DNA of 64,000 bases, from the NCBI GenBank assembly GCA_030765605.1, contig JAVCCG010000133.1:12086-76085 (forward strand), read 5' to 3'. Position 1 is the stretch's first letter. The number at the start of each line of letters is the position of its first letter. The notes beneath the pieces were generated by a model that saw nothing but the letters and a program-made list of their open reading frames with translations, was not told where the DNA came from and did not search any database. This DNA comes from Candidatus Alcyoniella australis (GTDB lineage Bacteria; Lernaellota; Lernaellaia; JAVCCG01; Alcyoniellaceae). The translations under genes and the position numbers were made by a program. Positions 31,553 to 41,796 of the stretch are shown here, piece after piece.

Positions 31553-31588
31553 CGCGCCCCCGGAGATCTGGGGGCGCGTTCTGTTTTT
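31553..31588 (+). terminator. Intrinsic terminator of the alr-mla operon
   Basis: CGCGCCCCCGG agat CTGGGGGCGCG followed by TTCTGTTTTT. Confidence 0.75.
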
Positions 31589-31619
31589 GAGGCTAAGTGG
31601 CGATGATTATCACGCGTCC

Positions 31620-31802
31620 TAACCCGCATTTCTCACGAGGGGTCTACTGCGGTGCACAATCTGCTCGCAATAACAGCGTCATCCTCGCCGATCCATGCTC
31701 GACGTACCGCAGAGGGTACGTCTGCGCAGAATCGACTCGTCTTCCTTGTTCTTGCGGCATCTTGCACGCCTCGCTACGAACCCTCGTGAGAAATGCGGGC
31801 TA
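31620..31802. mobile_element. MITE-like element, family A, copy 2, with an apparent TA target duplication
   Basis: TA-ACCCGCATTTCTCACGAGGG ... CCCTCGTGAGAAATGCGGGC-TA; removing it restores a continuous reading frame. Confidence 0.8.
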
Positions 31803-32158
31803 AATTCGAGCGCATTGTTCAGCGCGCGCTGGACACGATCCCGGACGAGTTCCAGGAGTACATCGCGCAGGTGCCGGTGCTGGTCGAGGATCGGCCGGAC
31901 CCCGAGCTGCTGGCCGAGCTGGGCATGGACCCGGACGAGCTGCTGTTCGGGGTGTTCCTCGGCGTGCCCGTGGGCGAGCTCAGTGTGTTCGACGTGGTAA
32001 CCGACGTGCCGCGGATCGTGATCTTCCGCGAGGATCTGAGCCAGGCGTTCCCCGACGAGGCCGAGCTTTGCCACGAGATCCAGACCACGGTGCTGCACGA
32101 GGTGGCGCACCTGTTCGGCCTGGACGAGGCGCGGCTGGATGAACTGGGGTTCGGTTGA
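31793..32158 (+). CDS. Minimal zincin metallopeptidase (Zincin_1-like)
   Basis: FERIVQRALDTIP, LFGVFLGVP, TVLHEVAHLFG (HExxH). Confidence 0.85.
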   Translation: MRAKFERIVQRALDTIPDEFQEYIAQVPVLVEDRPDPELLAELGMDPDELLFGVFLGVPVGELSVFDVVTDVPRIVIFREDLSQAFPDEAELCHEIQTTVLHEVAHLFGLDEARLDELGFG

Positions 32159-32177
32159 CGCGGGAAAGAATCCGGAC

Positions 32178-32801
32178 TTAGCCCGCGTTGAGTTCGAGCT
32201 CCACCGCGGCATGCAGCAGCTGCAACACCATGCGTTCGTTTGGATCGTCCGTATTCTTCAGCAGCATACGCAGATGTTTGCGCGCGGGCTCATAGCGGCT
32301 CAGGGCATAACTGAGAAAGGCGACCCTCCACCGGTAACGGCGGACTTGGGCCGTGTTGCTTTCCGGTCGTTTCAGCGTGTCTTGCAGCATTATCCGGTAA
32401 TGCTGCAATGATGAGCGATAGTCGCCGGTGCGGAAGTACATCGAGGCCAGACCGCGATGTGGGCAGTTGGCGAATCCTTTGCCCGCGTTGACGTCGATCG
32501 CTTGGGTCAGCAGCTCCTCGCCCAACTTCTCGAATCCCTCCTCGTGGGCATACTCCATGCCCAGAGTGACCAACGGAGCATAGGCCCCGCGCTGTGTGGC
32601 CGTACGCAACATGGCCTGGATCTCGGGTTGCGATGTGTCGTGGAGGTCGAATCCAACGTAATACAGGAACGAGTCAAAGCCGTCCTTGGCCTTGCCCTGA
32701 GGAGTGCTTTCGATCTGGAGCGGCTCGTGCAGCAGGTTGTCCGCCGCAGCCAGGCTGGCGGCGAGCAGCCGACCGACGTACGGCCCAATAAGGGCGCGCA
32801 A
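32178..32801 (-). CDS. Hypothetical helical-repeat (TPR-like) protein
   Basis: LASMYFRTGDYRSSLQHY-type helices; start uncertain. Confidence 0.5.
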   Translation of the reverse strand: MRALIGPYVGRLLAASLAAADNLLHEPLQIESTPQGKAKDGFDSFLYYVGFDLHDTSQPEIQAMLRTATQRGAYAPLVTLGMEYAHEEGFEKLGEELLTQAIDVNAGKGFANCPHRGLASMYFRTGDYRSSLQHYRIMLQDTLKRPESNTAQVRRYRWRVAFLSYALSRYEPARKHLRMLLKNTDDPNERMVLQLLHAAVELELNAG

Positions 32802-32857
32802 TGTGGCGCACCGTTGATTTGTCCATCTAGATAAAATTGTCTAGATACGGCTATAAA

Positions 32858-34195
<1,338 letters not shown>

Positions 34196-34306
34196 CGTTT
34201 GGCTCCCAGGAAAACGGGTCGTCTATTTTTCTATTATAGCATCTCTGGACGATGATTCGTGGGTGACCGTTGTGACTTGGTCGGTTTTCCGAGGTAAAAT
34301 TTGATT

Positions 34307-34876
34307 ATGAAAACACGAGCGCTGTCGATCTTCGTCTCCGGTCTGATCCTAGCCTCGCTGCTGCTTGGCGCCTGCGGCCAAAAGGAGCGCGAGGCCCTGA
34401 CCCTGGCGCGGGGCGAGGGGACCTACCAAGCCTATCGACGCTTTGCCGCCGAGTATCCCAGCAACTCCGACGGCCAATATTTCCTGGCCGTAGTCGGCCT
34501 GGTGACCGGCCGCGACCCGATCACCGATCCGGTGTTGCAAACTGCGGTGGAGACCGCGCCGGACAGGGTGCGCAACGGCTACGAGCTTCGCGCGCAGTAT
34601 CGCGCCGCGGTTGCTGAGGCCGACAGTTGCGTACTTCATTGTTCGGATGCGTTCATTGACTGTTCGCTGGCAGCCAAGGATCCGGCGGGGGAGGTCGACT
34701 ACCCGGCCCTGGACAACTGCACGGGCGGCCTGGGCGTGTGCACCGACGCCTGCGATCCGCTGGTTGAAACCGCGCGCGAACACGCCGAGGTCTATTCCGT
34801 TGAGTTGGGGCTGATCGAACACGACGCCTCGCTGACGATCCTGGTGCTCGAACGCGAGCAGATCGAGACGCCCTAA
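34307..34876 (+). CDS. Cys-rich lipoprotein
   Basis: Lipobox LGAC; two CxxxC-type helical Cys clusters; GTGACT-17-TAAAAT promoter. Confidence 0.65.
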   Translation: MKTRALSIFVSGLILASLLLGACGQKEREALTLARGEGTYQAYRRFAAEYPSNSDGQYFLAVVGLVTGRDPITDPVLQTAVETAPDRVRNGYELRAQYRAAVAEADSCVLHCSDAFIDCSLAAKDPAGEVDYPALDNCTGGLGVCTDACDPLVETAREHAEVYSVELGLIEHDASLTILVLEREQIETP

Positions 34877-35229
34877 CGCTGTTTGCGGTTGTAGTCGTCC
34901 TCAAGGCGGACGATGTCGTCCTCTTCCAGGTAGTCGCCGCGCTGGACCTCGATGAAAATCACGGTCTGATCGCCGGGGTTGGCGATGCGGTGGGCCGCGC
35001 CCACGGGAATGTCAACGGCCAGGCCGGGCTCGAGATCGAGCTGTTCGCCCTCAAGGATCACCAGGGCCGTGCCGCGCACCACGAGCCAGTGCTCGCTACG
35101 GCGCCTGTGGAACTGATAGCTCAGCCGATGGCCGGGCTCGACCTCGATCCGCTTGACCTTGAATCCGGGCTGGTGCTCAAGCACCTCCCAGCGTCCCCAC
35201 GGCGCTGTCGATTTTAGCTTGTCGTGCAT
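34873..35229 (-). CDS. Mannose-6-phosphate isomerase type II C-terminal cupin
   Basis: PWGRW, VKRIEVEPGHRLSYQFHRRRSEHW, IEVQRGDYLEEDDIVRLEDDY. Confidence 0.9.
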   Translation of the reverse strand: MHDKLKSTAPWGRWEVLEHQPGFKVKRIEVEPGHRLSYQFHRRRSEHWLVVRGTALVILEGEQLDLEPGLAVDIPVGAAHRIANPGDQTVIFIEVQRGDYLEEDDIVRLEDDYNRKQR

Positions 35230-35306
35230 GCCTGGCATTGTCCGCGAGGCCCAACGGCTAGTCAACCACTGCAACAACCGCCTCTCTTGGTTTATGATTG
35301 CGCCCG

Positions 35307-36194
35307 ATGCGCTACGAGGGGACCGTCTACCGACCGCCGAGCGAGGCCAACAGCCTGTTGATTCAGGCCACTGTTGGCTGTCCGCACAACCGTTGCGCTT
35401 TTTGCGAGATGTACCGCGACAAGCGCTTCCGCATCCGGCCCACCGCTGAGCTGCTCGAGGATCTGCAAAGCGCGCGCGAGGTCTACGGCAGCCAGGTGCG
35501 CTCGCTGTTCTTTCCTGACGGCAATTCGATCGTGCTCAAGACCGACGAGCTGGCGCGCGTGATCCAGCGCGCCTACGAGCTGTTCCCGCGCCTGGAGCGG
35601 GTCACGACCTACGGCAGCGCCAAGTTCCTGATCCGTAAGAGCTTCGATGATCTGCAACGCCTGCGTGCCGCCGGGCTGACGCGGATCCACGCCGGCATGG
35701 AGTCCGGCGACGCAGTCACCTTGGAGCGGATCAACAAGGGCGCGGACCCGCAGACCATGATCGAGGCCGGACGCCGCGTCAAAGAGGCGGGGATCGAGCT
35801 CAGCGAATATGTGATGATCGGCATCGGCGGGGTCGAGCGCACGCGCGAACACGCCATTGCCAGCGGCCAGGTGCTCTCGGCCGTGGACCCGGACTTCATC
35901 CGCATCCGCACCTTTGTGCCGCGGCCGGGCACGCCGCTTTATGAGCGGTGGCAACGCGGCGAATTCGCGCTGGTCGACGCCTACCAGGCGCTGGACGAGA
36001 CCGCGTTGCTGATCGAGCACATCGACGGAACCTCCGAGCTGCACTCGGACCACATCAGCAACTTCATCGACGTCGCGGGCCGTTTCCCCGAGGACAAATC
36101 CGCAATGCTCGCGGTCCTACAGCAGGCCAAAACCCGGCCGCGCTCAGCCTTTCGCCCTCCCACCGAGGAGCTGATTCACCTGATGAGCCTCTAA
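35307..36194 (+). CDS. Radical SAM protein
   Basis: YEGTVYRPPSEA, CPHNRCAFC (CxxxCxxC), GMESGD. Confidence 0.9.
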   Translation: MRYEGTVYRPPSEANSLLIQATVGCPHNRCAFCEMYRDKRFRIRPTAELLEDLQSAREVYGSQVRSLFFPDGNSIVLKTDELARVIQRAYELFPRLERVTTYGSAKFLIRKSFDDLQRLRAAGLTRIHAGMESGDAVTLERINKGADPQTMIEAGRRVKEAGIELSEYVMIGIGGVERTREHAIASGQVLSAVDPDFIRIRTFVPRPGTPLYERWQRGEFALVDAYQALDETALLIEHIDGTSELHSDHISNFIDVAGRFPEDKSAMLAVLQQAKTRPRSAFRPPTEELIHLMSL

Positions 36195-36306
36195 CGCGTC
36201 CCGCCTGGGGAACGCGAACCGAGTTGTTGACAACTCCAGTTGGAGCCGACAGGATGCTTTTGGCAACCCGAAAAAAAGACACCGCTTTTCTATCCCGGGA
36301 GGTCAG

Positions 36307-37023
36307 ATGAGACCGACCATTTTGATCATCGCCCTGGCGTCCGCGTTGCTATTGCTGGTGGCCGCCCCGGCCCAAGCGCTGCATGTGCAGATGGATCTGC
36401 CGCAGATCGTTGAGCAGGCCCAGCTGGTGTTCATTGGAACGCCGGTCGAAGTCAGCTGCGAGCACAACCACGCAGGCGCGATTCAGACGCGCTATCGGCT
36501 GGACGTGGAGCGCACGCTCAAGGGGTCCGGGCTGTTGTCCGACCAGAACAGCCTGGAGCTGACCTTTGCCGGCGGCGAGATCGGCGAACAGGCGATGGTG
36601 GTCAGCGGCGTGCCTCAACTGGCTCTGGACCAGCGCTACGTACTGCTGGTGCTGCACGACGGCCAATCCTACCTCAGCCCGATCGTGGGCCAGCATCAGG
36701 GATTGTTCATGGTGCAGACCGAGCCGGCCACCGGCCGCGAGCTGGTGCTGACCGCCGATGGCCGGATGATCGAGAAGATCGAGAACGGCCGGTTGGTCGT
36801 CGGCGCGCGGGTGGAGCTGGACCAGCTCGGACGGCTGCAGGCGGTCGTCGAGCAGACCCCGCAGGCCAACCCAGAGCCGCCGGTCAGCCTGGACCCGGAC
36901 AAGGTGCGGGTGCTCGACCACCGCTCGGCCGAGCAGCCCTTTGTTGACACGCAACGCGCCATGCCCCTCAACGAGTTTCTCGAGACGCTGTCCGCGATGA
37001 TCGCGCAGGACCAGGCGCAGTAG
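36307..37023 (+). CDS. Secreted hypothetical protein, possible partner or propeptide of the downstream peptidase
   Basis: GGAGG RBS, signal peptide, beta-rich body; 9 bp upstream of the peptidase gene. Confidence 0.65.
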   Translation: MRPTILIIALASALLLLVAAPAQALHVQMDLPQIVEQAQLVFIGTPVEVSCEHNHAGAIQTRYRLDVERTLKGSGLLSDQNSLELTFAGGEIGEQAMVVSGVPQLALDQRYVLLVLHDGQSYLSPIVGQHQGLFMVQTEPATGRELVLTADGRMIEKIENGRLVVGARVELDQLGRLQAVVEQTPQANPEPPVSLDPDKVRVLDHRSAEQPFVDTQRAMPLNEFLETLSAMIAQDQAQ

Positions 37024-37032
37024 GGGGAACGG

Positions 37033-38322
37033 ATGAGCGACCGAGCATCGAAGATAAAGATCGCGCTGCTGTGCTTTGCCCTGCTGCTGGCCGCAGGCCT
37101 GGCTCTGGCCGACGTGCCACACAGCCGGACCCGCGACGTGCCGTACACCATCAACCAGTTCCCGTCGAGCTATGATCCCTGGGAGCAGTACGACGAGTCG
37201 TTGATGTATCAATGGGACACCTTTGCCAACGTGATGTATCCCGCCTCAAGCCCGCCGGGCACATTCGGGGCGGGCAATGGCAAGAACGAATACGCCGGGT
37301 TTCTGACCAACTCCCAGGTGGACTCGTACTATGGCTTCACCTGGGGCGGGGCCGCGGCCATGACCATTAGCTGGTGGGATCACACCGGACACATCTCGGA
37401 ATCGGACATCGCCTGGAACGCGCACCTGAATTGGACAACCGATATCGAGGATTACCTGGAAGACTCCTCGATTTTGCCCTATCAGCTGGCCACGATCCAC
37501 GAGCTGGGGCACACCTTCGGCCTGGACGACTACGACTATGACAAGTCCGATGATAAGTCGGTCGGCTACGAGACCGTGATGAACTACTCACACCCCTGGC
37601 ACAACTACGCTCTGGGATTGGACGATGGCCAGACCGTGCAGAAGATGTACCCCAGCCGCCAGAATACGGTGCACGACCTCGGAATTTACGACTTCCACTG
37701 CACCAGCCAGTTCTCCTGCCCGGACGCGAGCAAGTCCACCGGCTCGGTGGCCTGCGGCCGCTCGTTCGAGATCGACGGCATACAGATCGCCAACCTGGGC
37801 AATTACAGCGAGTCCAACGTCTCGGCCACGTTCTATCTTTCCGAGGACATCAATATCAGCTCCTCGGACGTGAAACTGGGCACGATCAGCTTCGGCAGCC
37901 TGGCCAGCCGCTCGCGCAGTATCGTCGATGTGGAGTTGACGGTCCCCTCCGACACTGACATCGACACCTACTACGTGGGCGCGATCATCTCCGGCGCTTC
38001 GGGTGACGCGCTGTCGGAGAACAACTCGATGTTTCTGCCCGGGCAGATCAGGGTCACCTCAAGCGGCGGCGGCGGTGGCGACGACGACGAGCCCAACGAC
38101 CCGCAGGACTGCGAACGCTTCTGCGAGGTGATAGATAGCTGCTCCCTGGCCTCGGAGATCGACGTTTCGTCCTGGGACGAGTGCGTGAACCTGTGCGAGA
38201 TCATTCGCCATTCGGTGCTCGAGTGCGTGCTCGATGCCACCTACTGCTCCGAGGTCGCGGACTGCATCGGTGCAGGCGACGACTCAAGCTCCGACGATGA
38301 GGAAGACGCCTGCTGCGGCTGA
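37033..38322 (+). CDS. Secreted metzincin-like metalloprotease with an Ig/CARDB-like domain and a Cys-rich tail
   Basis: HELGHTFGLDD, Met-turn TVMNY, FYLSED..YYVGAI..ENN CARDB-like segment; ends DDEEDACCG. Confidence 0.75.
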   Translation: MSDRASKIKIALLCFALLLAAGLALADVPHSRTRDVPYTINQFPSSYDPWEQYDESLMYQWDTFANVMYPASSPPGTFGAGNGKNEYAGFLTNSQVDSYYGFTWGGAAAMTISWWDHTGHISESDIAWNAHLNWTTDIEDYLEDSSILPYQLATIHELGHTFGLDDYDYDKSDDKSVGYETVMNYSHPWHNYALGLDDGQTVQKMYPSRQNTVHDLGIYDFHCTSQFSCPDASKSTGSVACGRSFEIDGIQIANLGNYSESNVSATFYLSEDINISSSDVKLGTISFGSLASRSRSIVDVELTVPSDTDIDTYYVGAIISGASGDALSENNSMFLPGQIRVTSSGGGGGDDDEPNDPQDCERFCEVIDSCSLASEIDVSSWDECVNLCEIIRHSVLECVLDATYCSEVADCIGAGDDSSSDDEEDACCG

Positions 38323-38399
38323 TTGATCTTCAGCCGTGGCGAGGAACGCCCCACGTACTATAGAATTATGGGTGTCCCCGAAACTTCGGATCTCTTCCC

Positions 38400-38433
38400 T
38401 TGAGCATGTCAGAATAAGGTGCTAAATTCTGAC
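38400..38433 (+). promoter_or_regulatory. TA promoter with an overlapping operator palindrome
   Basis: TTGAGC-17-TAAATT overlapped by GTCAGAAT...ATTCTGAC (38408-38433). Confidence 0.65.
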
Positions 38434-38464
38434 CTGTCGGAAGCGTGAACGAGGAGCGGGGCTT

Positions 38465-38752
38465 ATGAACCTGAAAGACGACGTTAGGCCGATCACCTAC
38501 CTAAAGAACAACACCGCGGAGTTGGTGCGGGACGTTTCGCAGGACGGCCGAACCGTGCTGATTACGCAGAACGGCGAGGCCAAGGTCGTGGTGATGGACG
38601 TGGATACCTACTCCCGTTGGCGCAATGCCCTGGCGCTGATGAAGATGATCTCCCAGGGCGAGGCTGATGTTGACGCGGGCCGGGTGCTGACCCAGGACGA
38701 GGCGTTCGCAAGGGCGGAAAGGACAATCGAGCGGGCCACCGCCGATGAGTGA
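38465..38752 (+). CDS. Phd/YefM family antitoxin
   Basis: VRPITYLKNN, VLITQNGEAKVVVMDV; overlaps the toxin start. Confidence 0.9.
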   Translation: MNLKDDVRPITYLKNNTAELVRDVSQDGRTVLITQNGEAKVVVMDVDTYSRWRNALALMKMISQGEADVDAGRVLTQDEAFARAERTIERATADE

Positions 38753-39092
38753 GCGTAAATATAAAGTGCTCTGGGCTGAAAGCGGAGCACGCGACCTGGA
38801 GGAGATCGTCCTGCACATCGCCCAGGACTCTCCGGGCAACGCGCGCAAAGGACTCAAACGGCTGAGGGACAAGGCCGCGGCCCTGGAGACTCTTCCCCTG
38901 CGCGGTCGGGTCGTGCCCGAGCTGGCCCGCCTGGGCCTGCGCTCCTGGCGCGAGCTGATGTTGAAACCCTATCGCATTGTCTATCGCGTTGATTCCCAAA
39001 CCGTGCTGGTCCTGGCGCTCATCGACTCCCGCCGCGACCTGGAAGACCTGCTGCTCGAACGCATGGTAAGACCGGCAGATTTACAGTTATAA
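38745..39092 (+). CDS. RelE/ParE family toxin
   Basis: ARDLEEIVLHIAQDSP, GRVVPEL, PYRIVYRV, DSRRDL. Confidence 0.9.
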   Translation: MSERKYKVLWAESGARDLEEIVLHIAQDSPGNARKGLKRLRDKAAALETLPLRGRVVPELARLGLRSWRELMLKPYRIVYRVDSQTVLVLALIDSRRDLEDLLLERMVRPADLQL

Positions 39093-39341
39093 CGTCCGGT
39101 AGATTAATCGTTTGATATCAATCGCTTTCCGTCATCCTGAAACGGAGGCGAAGGATCTACGCGCGCATGGTGAATTTTGTTGTAACCAGGAGAGGGAAAA
39201 TTGAGGGCTCATCCCTACCACTCCGTCTGGAAATCCAATCCGAAAACACGAATGAGATTAAACATGATGGCTTCTAAAGATGGTTTATTTTATAATAATA
39301 TCAGTGTGGGTAGCCACGAATAGAAGACTCGCTGTAAGTAA

Positions 39342-39368
39342 TTTGATTTACCTTATAGGTTAATCAAA
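39342..39368. promoter_or_regulatory. Operator-like palindrome upstream of higB
   Basis: TTTGATTTACCT tat AGGTTAATCAAA (1 mismatch). Confidence 0.6.
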
Positions 39369-39385
39369 CTTGACAAAGGCTTCCT

Positions 39386-39727
39386 ATGGAAATAATATAT
39401 AAGTCGAAAAAGCTAGAAAATGCTTTCATGAAAAGGAAACAAGGCGTGCAGGAGTGGGGTGATCAAAACGCAAAGAAACTATTCCTGAGGCATACACAAC
39501 TACAAGCTGCTGACAACCTGGCAATTTTCAGCACATTACCCGCAACTGGCTTCGAACAATTGAGAGGCGACCGAAAAACTCAGTTCGCCTGTTACGGGAA
39601 ACACCCCTTCCGGCTCATTTTCGAAGCAGCCCATGATCCGGTACCTAGACAATCAGATGGTGGTGTGGACTTGGTTTTAGTGACAAGAATCCGAATCATT
39701 GAGGTGGTCGACTATCATGGCGACTGA
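39386..39727 (+). CDS. HigB-like (RelE superfamily) toxin
   Basis: MEIIYKSKKL, LQAADNL, LRGDRKTQFA, RLIFE, IIEVVDYH; toxin-first gene order. Confidence 0.8.
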   Translation: MEIIYKSKKLENAFMKRKQGVQEWGDQNAKKLFLRHTQLQAADNLAIFSTLPATGFEQLRGDRKTQFACYGKHPFRLIFEAAHDPVPRQSDGGVDLVLVTRIRIIEVVDYHGD

Positions 39728-40817
39728 ACGACAAAAAAAAGCCAAACCCGACTATGCGATTCCTCCTGGAGAAACGCTGTCTGAAACGCTCCATGCCTTG
39801 GGTATGACCCAGAAGGAATTTGCGATCAGAACGGGGCTTTCGGAAAAACATATAGTGTCCATTCTTCAAGGCAACGCTCCGATAACGCCTGAAACTGCAT
39901 TGAAATTTGAAACGGTTCTGGGAGTTCACGCTAGCTTTTGGAACAACCTTGAGAGAAATTACAGAGACACCCTAGCCCGATTGGAGAAAGAGAAACGACT
40001 TCAGCAGGATATCGCATGGCTCGACAATATTCCTGTTGCCACAATTGTTAAGCATGGATGGATTAAAAAAAACAAAGAAAAATCTATGAAACTTCAAGAG
40101 GTTCTCTCATTTTATGGCGTCTCGTCGCCAAAGGAATGGGATAAGCTTTGGGCAAATGTCCGTTTCGCCGCGAGGCAAAGTAAGGCTTTTGAAACTGACC
40201 CCGGTGCAGTATCCGCATGGATGCGGATTGGTGAGCTTCGTGCGCAAGATATTGCCTGTCAACCATATAACCATGACCGGTTCCGTGAGGTTTTAGGGGA
40301 AGTCCGAGATTTAACTGTAAGAAGTGCAAGAGACTTTCAGCCGAGAATAATCCAATGGTGCGCAGAGGCCGGCGTAGCTGTCGTTTTTGTAAAAGAGCTC
40401 CCGAGAATACGCCTAAATGGTATTACTCGCTGGCTAAACCCCAACAAGGCGTTAATCCAGCTCTGCCTACGTCACAAAAGCAACGCCCAGTTATGGTTTA
40501 CTTTCTTCCACGAGGCCGGGCATATCCTTAAGCATGGGAAAAGAGACCTTTTTTTGGAGAACGATGAATACCAAGATAGTCAAAAAGAAAAGGAGGCAGA
40601 TAAATTTGCCTCCGATTTTTTAATTCCACCTCGTGAATGGGACTCTTTTTTATCCGAACACATCGATTGCTCTTACTCTAGGGATGATATTAAAACGTTC
40701 GCAGCAAGGGTCGGCATTGCACCGGGGATCGTTGTCGGTAGGCTTCAGCACGAGAGGCTTATTCGTTATTCTCATTGCAATGACTTGAAGGTTAAGCTGG
40801 TCTGGAGTTCCAACTAA
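39717..40817 (+). CDS. HigA-type HTH antitoxin fused to an ImmA/IrrE metallopeptidase domain
   Basis: PPGETL..GMTQKEFA HTH, FWNNLE, WFTFFHEAGH, EKEADKFA. Confidence 0.85.
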   Translation: MATERQKKAKPDYAIPPGETLSETLHALGMTQKEFAIRTGLSEKHIVSILQGNAPITPETALKFETVLGVHASFWNNLERNYRDTLARLEKEKRLQQDIAWLDNIPVATIVKHGWIKKNKEKSMKLQEVLSFYGVSSPKEWDKLWANVRFAARQSKAFETDPGAVSAWMRIGELRAQDIACQPYNHDRFREVLGEVRDLTVRSARDFQPRIIQWCAEAGVAVVFVKELPRIRLNGITRWLNPNKALIQLCLRHKSNAQLWFTFFHEAGHILKHGKRDLFLENDEYQDSQKEKEADKFASDFLIPPREWDSFLSEHIDCSYSRDDIKTFAARVGIAPGIVVGRLQHERLIRYSHCNDLKVKLVWSSN

Positions 40818-40820
40818 TAA

Positions 40821-41795
40821 TCAAGGCCCTTCCGAGCTTCCGCGGGTTTTATCGGGTTCGGCGGGTTGGGGCAGGCCGGGTTCATAGAGGGTGATGGTCA
40901 GGCCGTCGCGGTCGCGGGCGCCGATCACGTATTTGCGCAGGCGAGGCCAGATTTGGTCCATGGTCTGGTAATAAAGTCGGGTGTAGGCGTTGCGGCGGTC
41001 GGTTCCGACCTCAGCGGCGAGCAGTTTGAAGCGTTCGGCCTCGCCCGTGGCGCGGTTGACGCGTTCTTGCTGGTAGGTCTCGCCCTCGCTACGGGCGCGG
41101 TTGGCCTCGGCGCGGGCCCGGGGCATGGCCTGGTTGGCGTAGCCGTCGGCCTCGTTGATCAGGCGACTGCGGTCCTCGCGGGCGCTGGAGACCTCGTTGA
41201 ACGAGGCGGCCACCCCGCGCGGGTTGATGATCTGATCGACCTGCATCGAGCTGATGCTCAGGCCGCTGGAATAGGCGTCCATGTCGGCCTGGATGTCGCG
41301 CATCACCTCGGCGGCGATGATCGACTTATCGGTGGTCAGGGCGTCGTCTACGGCCATGGCGGCCAGTCGGCGCGTGACCGCGGCCTCGCCGCTGATGCGC
41401 ACCAGCTCGTGGGGATCAAAGGTGTTGAGCAGGAACGCAGCCGGGTCGTTGATCGTGTAGCGCACCACGAGCATCACCACGATCCAGTTGCGGTCGCCGG
41501 TGAGGAACTGGCGTTGGAATACGCCCGCGATGTCCGAGACTTGTTCCTGGCCGACCTCGAAGCCGATGCCGCGCTGTTTGAGGTCGGTGACGTTGGGCCG
41601 GTCCACGCGCTCAACGGGCCAGGGCAGGTGGTAGTGGATGCCCGGCGGCACGCGGTTTTCGGTCACCGCGCCGAAGCGCCGCACCACGCCCTGCTGGTTG
41701 TAATCCACGATGTACAGGCCCGAGGCCAGGTAGATCAGCAGCAGCGCGGCCGCGCATAGCAGCGAGAGCAGGCGTAGCCGGCGGCTTTGGGCCAC
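40821..41795 (-). CDS. hflK: HflK-like SPFH protein
   Basis: GVVRRFG, PGIHYHLPWPVE, LTGDRN, INEADGYAN, ATGEAERF. Confidence 0.8.
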   Translation of the reverse strand: MAQSRRLRLLSLLCAAALLLIYLASGLYIVDYNQQGVVRRFGAVTENRVPPGIHYHLPWPVERVDRPNVTDLKQRGIGFEVGQEQVSDIAGVFQRQFLTGDRNWIVVMLVVRYTINDPAAFLLNTFDPHELVRISGEAAVTRRLAAMAVDDALTTDKSIIAAEVMRDIQADMDAYSSGLSISSMQVDQIINPRGVAASFNEVSSAREDRSRLINEADGYANQAMPRARAEANRARSEGETYQQERVNRATGEAERFKLLAAEVGTDRRNAYTRLYYQTMDQIWPRLRKYVIGARDRDGLTITLYEPGLPQPAEPDKTRGSSEGP

Positions 41796-41796
41796 G

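Noticed and set aside
39085..39160. Integron attC site after the RelE/ParE toxin
   Set aside because: GTTATAAC is only a weak core match; no complementary GTTRRRY arm and no integrase found
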